64,000 bases of DNA from Bacteroidales bacterium. GTDB taxonomy: Bacteria > Bacteroidota > Bacteroidia > Bacteroidales > UBA12077. The DNA is taken from assembly GCA_021108325.1 (NCBI GenBank), contig JAIORB010000068.1:17196-81195 (forward strand), written 5' to 3'. The notes below the pieces were generated by a model that saw nothing but the letters and a program-made list of their open reading frames with translations, made no database searches and was not told where the DNA came from. This document shows positions 1 through 8,352 of the stretch, in pieces; the stretch's first letter is position 1, and the number at the start of each line of letters is the position of its first letter. A program made the position numbers and the translations under genes.

Positions 1-470
1 TTGGGGAAATGGCAAAAGAGATTAATAAAAATTATAAGGATAAAAATATTCCGTTATTTATTAGTATTCTTAATGGCTCTTTTATGTTTACAGCCGATTT
101 ATTTAAACATATTGATTTTACTTGTGAAGTTACGTTTCTTAAATTAACTTCATATAAAGGAACGTCTACAACAGGCTCTGTAAGGCAATTAATAGGTGTT
201 AATGAATCAATCGAAGGAAGAGATGTAATTGTTTTGGAAGATATTGTTGATACCGGAATTACCATTGAGCAAATACTTGGACAGTTAAAAAGTTTTGAGC
301 CTGCAAGTGTAAAAGTTGCATCCTTATTATTTAAACCGGAAGCTTATCAGAAAGATTTTAAAATCGATTATATAGGAATGGAAATTCCTAATGATTTTAT
401 CGTTGGATATGGCTTAGACTACGATGGTCTTGGAAGAAATCTTGCAGATATCTATACTCTAATTAGTTAA
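1..470 (+). CDS. hpt: hypoxanthine phosphoribosyltransferase, 5' end cut by the window edge
   Basis: The reading frame is open from base 1. PRPP-binding motif VIVLEDIVDTGIT and C-terminal FIVGYGLDYD are present. About 25 N-terminal residues are missing compared with typical HPRTs. Confidence 0.85.
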   Translation, partial: GEMAKEINKNYKDKNIPLFISILNGSFMFTADLFKHIDFTCEVTFLKLTSYKGTSTTGSVRQLIGVNESIEGRDVIVLEDIVDTGITIEQILGQLKSFEPASVKVASLLFKPEAYQKDFKIDYIGMEIPNDFIVGYGLDYDGLGRNLADIYTLIS

Positions 471-490
471 TATAAATCACCCATAAATTA

Positions 491-1066
491 ATGTTAAACA
501 TTGTTTTATTTGGGCCTCCGGGTGCAGGAAAAGGTACGCAGTCTCAAAAAATCATTGATAAATACAATTTGATTCATATCTCAACCGGCGAAGTTTTACG
601 TAAGGCAATTGAAGCGCAAACACCACTGGGAATCGAAGCTCAAAAATTTATTGATGATGGTAATTATGTAACCGATGAAATGGCTCTGGAAATAATTAAA
701 GAGGAATTGAGTAATCATAAAAACTCTAATGGATTTATTTTCGACGGGTTTCCAAGAACAACATTTCAGGCAGAACAATTTTCCGGGATTTTATCAAAAT
801 ATGGTGGTGATGTTAATGTTATGATTTCTTTGGAAGTACAAGAAAACACACTGGTTAAACGTTTAATTAATCGAGCCAAAGAGTCTGGCAGACCAGACGA
901 TAGAAAAGAAGGAATTATTCGAAAACGAATTGAAATTTATAATCAAAGAACAGCATCTGTAGAGGATTATTACAAATCCTTTGGAAAATTTGAATCTGTT
1001 AATGGAATTGGCGAAATTGATGTTATATTTGATAAAATTTGTGCTACAATAGAAAGATATAAATAA
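491..1066 (+). CDS. adk: adenylate kinase
   Basis: P-loop GPPGAGKGT, then ISTGEVLR and FDGFPRT motifs. Length is 191 aa. Confidence 0.95.
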   Translation: MLNIVLFGPPGAGKGTQSQKIIDKYNLIHISTGEVLRKAIEAQTPLGIEAQKFIDDGNYVTDEMALEIIKEELSNHKNSNGFIFDGFPRTTFQAEQFSGILSKYGGDVNVMISLEVQENTLVKRLINRAKESGRPDDRKEGIIRKRIEIYNQRTASVEDYYKSFGKFESVNGIGEIDVIFDKICATIERYK

Positions 1067-2053
1067 ATGGCAGGGTCGAATTTTGTTGATTACGTAAAAA
1101 TATTTTTCAGATCAGGTAAAGGAGGAGCAGGTTCTCCGCATTTGCATCGTGAAAAATTTATTTCTAAAGGTGGCCCTGATGGAGGTGATGGTGGTCGTGG
1201 CGGTAATATTATTTTAAGAGGGAATGCTCAGCTTTGGACTTTGCTACATTTAAAATACAAGAAACATATTTTTGCGACCAGTGGTATGGCTGGGGGGAGT
1301 TCGGAGCGAACTGGTGCTGATGGTAAGGATGTTCTTGTTGAAGTACCCCTAGGTACGATTGCAAAGGATGCAGAAACAAACGAAGTACTTTTCGAAATAA
1401 CAGAAAATAAGGAAGAAAAGGTATTGCTAAACGGTGGTAGAGGAGGATTAGGCAATACTCATTTTAAAACCTCGACGAATCAAACGCCTCGTTATGCTCA
1501 ACCCGGAGAGGACGGGAAAGAGGGCTGGAATATTTTGGAGTTAAAACTTCTTGCTGATGTAGGACTTGTTGGATTTCCGAATGCCGGAAAATCAACATTA
1601 CTTTCAGTTGTTTCGGCAGCTAAGCCAAAAATTGCAGATTATCCTTTCACAACATTAGTTCCTAATTTGGGAATCGTTCAATATCGTGATATGCAGTCAT
1701 TTGTTATGGCCGATATTCCCGGGATAATTGAAGGAGCACACGAAGGGAAAGGATTAGGATTAAGATTTTTACGCCATATTGAACGAAATTCAATGTTACT
1801 GTTTATGATTCCTTGCGATAGTGATGATATTCATAATGAGTACAAAACTCTATTATCAGAATTAGAAAAGTATAATCCTGAATTATTAGATAAAAAAAGA
1901 GTTCTGACAATCTCAAAATCTGATATGCTTGACGATGAATTAGTACAGGAAATAAAAAAAGATTTGCCAGATATTCCTCATTTGTTTATTTCTTCTGTTG
2001 CACAAAAAGGAATTCAGGAATTAAAAGATTTAATCTGGGCGCAACTTCTTTAA
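1067..2053 (+). CDS. obgE: GTPase Obg/CgtA
   Basis: N-terminal Obg fold with glycine-rich GGDGGRGG, G1 motif [10 protein letters not shown]3 motif DIPG. The start abuts the adk stop. Confidence 0.95.
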   Translation: MAGSNFVDYVKIFFRSGKGGAGSPHLHREKFISKGGPDGGDGGRGGNIILRGNAQLWTLLHLKYKKHIFATSGMAGGSSERTGADGKDVLVEVPLGTIAKDAETNEVLFEITENKEEKVLLNGGRGGLGNTHFKTSTNQTPRYAQPGEDGKEGWNILELKLLADVGLVGFPNAGKSTLLSVVSAAKPKIADYPFTTLVPNLGIVQYRDMQSFVMADIPGIIEGAHEGKGLGLRFLRHIERNSMLLFMIPCDSDDIHNEYKTLLSELEKYNPELLDKKRVLTISKSDMLDDELVQEIKKDLPDIPHLFISSVAQKGIQELKDLIWAQLL

Positions 2054-2062
2054 ATAAATATA

Positions 2063-2635
2063 ATGTTTGAATTGCTTAATAATCTAGATACACAACTTTT
2101 CATCTTTTTAAATGGTATAAATTCTCCTTTTTGGGATAAAATCATGTGGTGGATTTCCGGGTCAAAATCATGGATTCCAATGTATCTGATTATTATTATT
2201 TATATCATTTATAAGTTTCGATGGAAAGCAATTGTTTCTCTTGTTTTTATTGCAATTGTTGTTACTCTTGCTGATCAAATTTCAGTTCATGGATTTAAGG
2301 AAGTATTTCAACGTTTACGACCTTGCCATACTCCTGAATTGCAAGATATAGTTCATCTGGTGAAAAATAAATGTGGAGGGAAATACGGATTTGTGTCATC
2401 ACATGCTGCAAATACATTTGCCGTAGCTTTTTTCTTATCAAAATTATTTAAATACAAGTACTTTTCGATATTCATTTTTATTTGGGCTACCATAGTTTCT
2501 TATAGCCGGATTTATCTGGGTGTTCATTTTCCCGTTGATGTTTTAGGAGGTGCAGCATTGGGAAGCCTTATAGGTTATTTAGTTTATTTATTACACAATT
2601 TTACTTTACATAAATTATCAAAGCATTTTAAATAG
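2063..2635 (+). CDS. PAP2-family phosphatase (undecaprenyl-diphosphatase/phosphatidate phosphatase type)
   Basis: Three PAP2 motifs are present: KEVFQRLRP, SSH and SRIYLGVHFPVD. The protein has multiple TM helices. Confidence 0.8.
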   Translation: MFELLNNLDTQLFIFLNGINSPFWDKIMWWISGSKSWIPMYLIIIIYIIYKFRWKAIVSLVFIAIVVTLADQISVHGFKEVFQRLRPCHTPELQDIVHLVKNKCGGKYGFVSSHAANTFAVAFFLSKLFKYKYFSIFIFIWATIVSYSRIYLGVHFPVDVLGGAALGSLIGYLVYLLHNFTLHKLSKHFK

Positions 2636-2652
2636 AATAGTGTTTATTTATT

Positions 2653-2678
2653 ATAATTGATTAGCGTTAATCAATTAT
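2653..2678. terminator. perfect 11-bp inverted repeat (ataattgatta-gcgt-taatcaattat) after the PAP2 gene
   Basis: Read directly from the sequence. The stem is AT-only and has no clear U-tract, so this may be a terminator or an operator. Confidence 0.35.
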
Positions 2679-2985
2679 ATGGAATGTTTGGATAAAAATG
2701 ATTAGTTGGAATTGAGCACGAGGAAACTACAATTCGTACAACCTTACAAAAAATACCTTTCACAGAATATTTTCATGATATTACAATTAATGAATTAATT
2801 TTAGCAATGTTTTAATTATTGTGTTAAGCCCTTTAACTACAGGTGTTTTTATTAATATGTAATAAAGTTATTTTTAGAATAATTTGACTCGGATTAAATT
2901 TCTTCGTATATTTAATTGAATAATTCTGTACCCTCTGTTTTATAAGATATTCAAATAATTTAATATAACCTTAAAACCCTATATC

Positions 2986-4638
2986 ATGCAAAAGAAATTA
3001 ATAATCATCAGCTTAATCTTATTCTCTTTTGTATTTGTTCAGTGTTCAAAAAAGGACAAAAAAGGAGAATTAAAGTCTCAAACTAAAATTGAAAAACTTT
3101 TAGCGAATTACGCTGATGTTAAACTGGAAACTGATTTAAGCATTTTAAGCGAAAATCAGAAAAAGGTGCTACCTCTGTTGTTCGAGACAGCACAGTTAAT
3201 CGATGAGCTTTACTGGGCACAAACATGTGCTAAAAAGGATGAAATAAAAAAAACCATAACTGATGAAAAAGTTATGAAGTATTTTAAAATCAATTATGGC
3301 CCCTGGGATAGATTAAATGGGATGGAACCATTTGTTGAGGGCGTAAGTGAAAGGTTCGATGGAGCAAACTTTTATCCGACAAATATGTCATATCAAGAGT
3401 TTGATGAGTTTTCTGATTTAGACAAGTATAATTTGTATACTCTTATCCGAAGAAATGAACTTGGTAGTTTACAAACAGTATCATATCATCAGGCTTATCA
3501 AGAAAAATTGGTTAAGATAGCGGATTTAATGAAAAAAGCAGCAACATTATCCGAAGACGAAGGATTTAAAAAATACCTTGAATTGCGTGCAGAAGCATTA
3601 CTTACCGATAATTATTACGAAAGTGACATTGCCTGGATGAAAATGAAAGAAAATTTAATTGATTTTATAGTTGGGCCAATTGAAGATTTAGAAGACAGGT
3701 TGTACTATACAAAGGCATCGTACCAATCAATGATTTTGGTAAAAGATAAACAATCAAGTAAAGACATGGATAAGTATTCACTATTACTTCCATATTTACA
3801 ACAAAACCTTCCGGTTGATGCTAAATATAAAACAGAAATACCCGGAGAATTATCGGATATTATGGTTTACGATGTAATTAATTGTTCAGGATATTGGAAT
3901 ACAGGAAGCAAGAAAATAGCTATTACATTACCTCTTGATGGGCAAGTACAACTGAAAGTTGGAAGCAGAAAACTGCAGTTTAAAAATGTTATGCAGGCAA
4001 AATTTGAAAAAATTTTAATGCCAATAAGTGAGCTGTTAATTGCAGAAGATCAATTAAAACATGTGAAATTCAAAGCATTTTTTGAAAACACCATGTTTTA
4101 TGAAGTTGGAAGTGCTTTAGGGATAAAAAGTACTGTTAATGGTAAAGGTGCTGTTAGCGATGCTTTAAAAGAACAGAACAATGTTATAGGAGAATGTAAA
4201 AATGATATTTTAAGTTTATTTTTTGTAACTAAGCTCTATGAAATGGGCGAAATGAGTAGTGGTGATTTAATGGACAATTACGTTACCTATATGGCCGATG
4301 TATTCAGGTCGGTGCGTTTTGGAATATCAAATGATCAGGGGGTTGCTAATATGATACGATTCTATTATTTTGAAGAACTTGGAGCATTTACCCGTGATAA
4401 AAAAAGCGGGAGATATAGAATTGATTTTGATAAAACGAAAGAAGCAATGCTTAAATTTTCAGAAGAAATATTAGTAATACAAGGTGATGGAAATTATGAT
4501 GCAGCTAAAAAATTAGTCGATGAAAAAGGATTTATTCGTGACGAACTTTTGAATGATTTATATAAGATTCAACGTAAAAGAATTCCTAAAGATGTGGTAT
4601 TTATTCAAGGGATTGATGAAGCAGGGTTAATAAATTAG
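2986..4638 (+). CDS. secreted lipoprotein of the short DPP III (peptidase M49)-like family, with zinc-ligand histidines absent
   Basis: Signal peptide with lipobox (FVQC). The block TMFYEVGSALGIK...IGECKNDILSLF sits where active family members, as I recall them, carry HExxH(G)LG and EExKAD. The whole protein has only 2 His and no HExxH. Confidence 0.55.
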   Translation: MQKKLIIISLILFSFVFVQCSKKDKKGELKSQTKIEKLLANYADVKLETDLSILSENQKKVLPLLFETAQLIDELYWAQTCAKKDEIKKTITDEKVMKYFKINYGPWDRLNGMEPFVEGVSERFDGANFYPTNMSYQEFDEFSDLDKYNLYTLIRRNELGSLQTVSYHQAYQEKLVKIADLMKKAATLSEDEGFKKYLELRAEALLTDNYYESDIAWMKMKENLIDFIVGPIEDLEDRLYYTKASYQSMILVKDKQSSKDMDKYSLLLPYLQQNLPVDAKYKTEIPGELSDIMVYDVINCSGYWNTGSKKIAITLPLDGQVQLKVGSRKLQFKNVMQAKFEKILMPISELLIAEDQLKHVKFKAFFENTMFYEVGSALGIKSTVNGKGAVSDALKEQNNVIGECKNDILSLFFVTKLYEMGEMSSGDLMDNYVTYMADVFRSVRFGISNDQGVANMIRFYYFEELGAFTRDKKSGRYRIDFDKTKEAMLKFSEEILVIQGDGNYDAAKKLVDEKGFIRDELLNDLYKIQRKRIPKDVVFIQGIDEAGLIN

Positions 4639-4647
4639 GGTAAATTG

Positions 4648-4675
4648 AAAAGGGAGTGTAAGCTCCCTTTTTTTA
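4648..4675. terminator. bidirectional intrinsic terminator between convergent genes
   Basis: aaaagggag-tgtaag-ctccctttttt hairpin flanked by A- and T-runs. Confidence 0.6.
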
Positions 4676-4676
4676 T

Positions 4677-5246
4677 TTAATTATTTTCGTTTTCAGTTTC
4701 AGTTTTCTTTGGAGGTTCAAAACCATAAGCAATTCCTTCAACTACATATGTTGGAGGTTCTCCAAAGCCTCCAACAGATTCTTCTCTTGTAACTAAAACA
4801 ATCATTCCTCCTAAAAGCGCAGCTTTTTTCTGTAACCTGATCATAGCGCTTTTTTTAGCTGATTTTGCACTGCGGCTTCCGGCAGATGATTTGGTATTAA
4901 CTTTTCCCAGTTCATATAAACCTTCAACATCGTTTTTTCGATCAGTAACAATTACAGTTTTCCAGTCACCTTCTTCAACCATTATCATTACAGGCTTATT
5001 AAAGACTTCTTTTCTTCCATTACTGAAAATTATTTTTTGAATTTGTTTTCTTTCTACAGTAATTGATTCTTCCGAACCTGGTTCTGAATACCGCACTGTT
5101 GCTGAAGATATAGTTTTTACTTCTACAATTAATTTTTTTCTTCCAAGCATATAAATTGTATCAAGATCTGCATATTCCTCTTGTGCAAGCAACGGGAAAC
5201 TCATAAAAAAGGCTAATACTGCAATTATTAAAGTTCTAATTTTCAT
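4677..5246 (-). CDS. hypothetical secreted protein
   Basis: Clean N-terminal signal peptide (FPLLAQEE) and a 189-aa ORF convergent with the upstream gene. I recognise no family. Confidence 0.6.
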   Translation of the reverse strand: MKIRTLIIAVLAFFMSFPLLAQEEYADLDTIYMLGRKKLIVEVKTISSATVRYSEPGSEESITVERKQIQKIIFSNGRKEVFNKPVMIMVEEGDWKTVIVTDRKNDVEGLYELGKVNTKSSAGSRSAKSAKKSAMIRLQKKAALLGGMIVLVTREESVGGFGEPPTYVVEGIAYGFEPPKKTETENENN

Positions 5247-5439
5247 AATTTGGAAGTTTTTAAATTCAAATATGATATTTTAATTTGCTGTGAAATTAAT
5301 AAGTAAAATGGTAATATTCAAAAAATATACCAAAATGAAAATAATTTATAGTGAAAACAAATAATTAAGGTTGCTTCTAAAAATTCAATCACATCAAGAT
5401 TCCCATTGTCTTTGAGAAACTATGGAAACCCGTAGGGAA

Positions 5440-5447
5440 CAAATATA
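5440..5447 (-). promoter_or_regulatory. candidate Bacteroidota -7 promoter box TATATTTG facing the 4677..5246 gene
   Basis: Exact TAnnTTTG match on the minus strand, inside the left middle arm of the palindrome. No clear -33 TTTG. Confidence 0.3.
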
Positions 5448-5568
5448 ATAAACAATCTGTCTGCCGACCTGTCTGCCAAACAGGCAGGCGAGGCAGGTCT
5501 GACTGCGTTATATTTTTTGTGAAATAGCTATGGCTATTACAAAAAAATATGTCTTACATCTTATTCAT

Positions 5569-5576
5569 TATATTTG
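5569..5576 (+). promoter_or_regulatory. candidate Bacteroidota -7 promoter box TATATTTG facing plsC
   Basis: Exact TAnnTTTG match 85 nt upstream of the plsC ATG, inside the right middle arm of the palindrome. Confidence 0.35.
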
Positions 5577-5660
5577 TTTCTTGAAAGAATTCAATTTTTA
5601 GAGGCAACCTTCAATTAAAACGATAATTTTGTAAAGAGTATTATTTAAAATATATATAAG

Positions 5661-6407
5661 ATGTCAAGAATAATTTTTTCTGTCTATATATGGCTATTAA
5701 TAATAACTGTAACACTGGTTTTTTCTCCACTCTTTGTTTTAACCTGGTTTTTTACTGTTCTTTTTGATAAAAAATTATTGGTTCTTAATTATCTGGCAAA
5801 TATCTGGGGAAGTTTATTTACCTTGTTGGTTCCCGGATGGAAAATAAAAATTATTGGTAAGGAAAAGCTAAATAGTAAAACCAAAATAATTGTTGCTAAC
5901 CATCAATCTCAGGAAGATATACTTTTAATTTATCGCCTTGGAGTTCCTTTTCGTTGGATTTCTAAAGCTGAAGTTTTCAGAATACCAATATATGGTTGGT
6001 GTATGAATCTTAAAGGGGATATTAAACTTCAAAGATCAAGTAAGTCAAGCATAAAGAGAATGTTTATTGATTCAGAAAAAGTTCTTAGAAAAGGCTGCAT
6101 TATAACAATTTTCCCGGAAGGAACCAGATCTAAAACAGGCTATTTAGAGAATTTTAAAGAAGGAGCTTTTAAACTGGCACAAAAAACAAAAACTTCACTG
6201 ATTCCAGTGGTTATTTATGGAACAGAAAACAAATTTATTTCTTCAAATTTTTTCTTTACGGGGAAGCATAAGGTAATAATAAAAATCCTTGACGAAATTC
6301 CATATTCGGATTTTAAAGATATAGATACCAGGGAATTTGCAAATCAGATAAGAAATTTAATAGAATCAGAATTGAATCAACTAAAATTGTCTGAGAATGA
6401 AAATTGA
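5661..6407 (+). CDS. plsC: 1-acyl-sn-glycerol-3-phosphate acyltransferase
   Basis: HX4D motif NHQSQED and FPEGTRS motif, with an N-terminal TM anchor. Confidence 0.85.
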   Translation: MSRIIFSVYIWLLIITVTLVFSPLFVLTWFFTVLFDKKLLVLNYLANIWGSLFTLLVPGWKIKIIGKEKLNSKTKIIVANHQSQEDILLIYRLGVPFRWISKAEVFRIPIYGWCMNLKGDIKLQRSSKSSIKRMFIDSEKVLRKGCIITIFPEGTRSKTGYLENFKEGAFKLAQKTKTSLIPVVIYGTENKFISSNFFFTGKHKVIIKILDEIPYSDFKDIDTREFANQIRNLIESELNQLKLSENEN

Positions 6408-8199
6408 TGAACTGCAGAGTACATATCAAGAACGAGTTAAATTATTTAAACTAAAATTATCTGGAGTTAGAAAAAATCTTATTCTTTTAAGTTTTTTGAG
6501 ATTTTTTACTTTTATTTCAGCTATTATATTAATGATATTTTTAATTAAGCAGTTCAGTTTTATTTTACTGGGATTGGTCTTTTTATTTTTCGCTTTTTTC
6601 ATTTTTGGTGTGGTTTACTATTTAAAAAAGACGGAAGTTTTAAATCACATTAAAAATCTTATAAAAATTAATAAAGATGAGATCAATGTTTTAAGCAACG
6701 ATTTTTCAAGTTTTAATGATGGTGTAAATTATATTTCTCGCGATCATGCATATTCCTTTGATTTAGATTTGTTTGGTGAAGGATCTATATTCCAATATCT
6801 GAATAGAACCGTAAGCCTTGTAGGCAGAGAACTACTTGCAAAAAGAATATTAAATATTAATACAAATGATATACTCTTTAAAAATCAGCAAGAAGCCATA
6901 AAAGAGTTGACACCTAAAATTGATTGGCGACATAATTTTATGGCAACCGGATATTCCTGCCCGGTTACTGATGATGACAACAAAAAAATTGAGTATTGGA
7001 TTGACGATCCGGTTTACTTCATTAAAAGAATTCTATTTAAAATATTAGTGGTTTTGCTTCCTGTAATAACATTATCATTTTTAGTTTTATTGATAACAGG
7101 TATTGTACATTATTCATGGTTTGTATTATTTGCCTTATTGCAACTATTGATTGCAAGTATATTGTTGAAAAGAACAAATAAAGAACAAAGGATTGTTTCC
7201 GAAGAACTTCGAATTTTAAAGAATTATTCAAAACTTATTAAACTTATTGAGGATGAGATTTTCAATTCAGAAATCCTGAAAAAGCTTCAAAATGATTTAC
7301 AAACAAAAACAGTTCATGCCGAAACAGCATTTAAAAAGTTGATCCGAATTATTGACGCATTTGATACCCGGCTAAATATATTTTTAGGACTTATTTTAAA
7401 TGTTACCCTAATGTGGGATTTATATTCTTTAATGCGACTAGAAAGATGGAAAGTAAAATATGGACAAAATATAAAACGGTGGGTACAAGTTATTGCAGAG
7501 TTTGATGTTTATTGTAGTATGGCAAATTACAGTTACAATAATCCGGATTTTGTTTACCCACAGGTGTCCGGTTTAACAGTCCTGGATTCTGAAGAATTAG
7601 GCCATCCTCTAATTCCACGAACAAAGCGGGTGAATAACAATTTTAAAATTGATAAACAAGGCGAAATTGATATTGTTACTGGTGCTAATCTGGCTGGTAA
7701 AAGCACTTTTTTAAGAACTATTGGTGTTAATTTAATTCTTGCAATGAATGGAATGCCGGTATGTGCAAAAAAATTTGATTTTAGATTGATGGATTTATTT
7801 TCGGGAATGCGAACAGCAGATTCTCTAAAAGAAAATGAATCGTACTTTTATGCTGAACTAAAAAGATTAAAGTATATTATCGAGGAATTAAAGCAAGGTA
7901 AAACTACTTTTGTTTTATTAGACGAGATTTTAAAAGGGACTAATTCTGCCGATAAAGCGAAAGGATCGTGGAAATTTGTTGAACATTTAATAAAGTTAAA
8001 AGCCACAGGAATAGTTGCAACGCATGATTTGACTTTATGTAAGCTCGAAAAAGATTATCCGGATAATATTAAGAATAAGTGTTTCGAAGTTGAAATTGAT
8101 GCAGATAAAATTAAATTTGATTATAAACTTTGCCCCGGAGTAACTCAAAATATGAATGCCTCGCTATTAATGCGACAAATGGGAATCTTTTCAAATTAA
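6397..8199 (+). CDS. membrane-anchored MutS-related ATPase (MutS domain V only, no mismatch-binding or Smr domain)
   Basis: About 4 predicted TM helices lie in the N-terminal half. The C-terminal half has Walker A GANLAGKST, Walker B FVLLDEILKGTN and a THD motif. The ORF overlaps the plsC stop by 11 nt. Confidence 0.8.
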   Translation: MKIDELQSTYQERVKLFKLKLSGVRKNLILLSFLRFFTFISAIILMIFLIKQFSFILLGLVFLFFAFFIFGVVYYLKKTEVLNHIKNLIKINKDEINVLSNDFSSFNDGVNYISRDHAYSFDLDLFGEGSIFQYLNRTVSLVGRELLAKRILNINTNDILFKNQQEAIKELTPKIDWRHNFMATGYSCPVTDDDNKKIEYWIDDPVYFIKRILFKILVVLLPVITLSFLVLLITGIVHYSWFVLFALLQLLIASILLKRTNKEQRIVSEELRILKNYSKLIKLIEDEIFNSEILKKLQNDLQTKTVHAETAFKKLIRIIDAFDTRLNIFLGLILNVTLMWDLYSLMRLERWKVKYGQNIKRWVQVIAEFDVYCSMANYSYNNPDFVYPQVSGLTVLDSEELGHPLIPRTKRVNNNFKIDKQGEIDIVTGANLAGKSTFLRTIGVNLILAMNGMPVCAKKFDFRLMDLFSGMRTADSLKENESYFYAELKRLKYIIEELKQGKTTFVLLDEILKGTNSADKAKGSWKFVEHLIKLKATGIVATHDLTLCKLEKDYPDNIKNKCFEVEIDADKIKFDYKLCPGVTQNMNASLLMRQMGIFSN

Positions 8200-8265
8200 C
8201 ATTTTTTCAACAATCTGTATGCACCATTATTCGTTGATTTTTATTTAATTTACATAATTTAATAA

Positions 8266-8300
8266 TTTATCAACAGCTTTAAGCCATGCCTGTTGATAAA
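8266..8300. terminator. 11-bp perfect inverted repeat tttatcaacag-N13-ctgttgataaa between the MutS-like gene and parE
   Basis: Read directly from the sequence. Its position fits a terminator or operator, but there is no U-tract. Confidence 0.35.
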
Positions 8301-8352
8301 CAATTTCAGTAGGGACTTTTCTTTTAATTATATTTACGAAAAATTTGGTGAG

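Larger units (their letters stand above)
5363..5616. repeat. nested palindrome of about 250 bp with a GC-rich core
   Basis: Outer arms 5367-5389 and 5589-5611 match 21/23. Middle arms share aacaaatataat (5439-5450 and 5566-5577). Inner hairpins lie at about 5461-5503 (GC-rich) and 5508-5553. Confidence 0.85.

Noticed and set aside
5363-5616. 6S RNA, SRP RNA or RNase P RNA.
   Set aside because: The region forms a long imperfect hairpin, but the unpaired region is one-sided rather than a two-sided central bubble. It also lacks SRP (GGAAG...AGCA loop) and RNase P (GAGGAAAGUCC) signatures. I kept it as an unexplained palindrome instead.
8266-8300. Inverted pair of DnaA-box-like 9-mers (TTATCAACA / TGTTGATAA) as a possible oriC.
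   Set aside because: Each 9-mer deviates from TTATCCACA, there are only two boxes, there is no adjacent AT-rich unwinding repeat cluster or dnaA gene, and they form the two arms of one hairpin. A terminator or operator is more likely.
8293-8352. The TTG start at 8293 for parE given by the ORF track.
   Set aside because: The extra 20 residues ([20 protein letters not shown]) have no counterpart in type IIA topoisomerase B subunits and overlap the upstream hairpin. The ATG at 8353 gives the canonical N-terminus.
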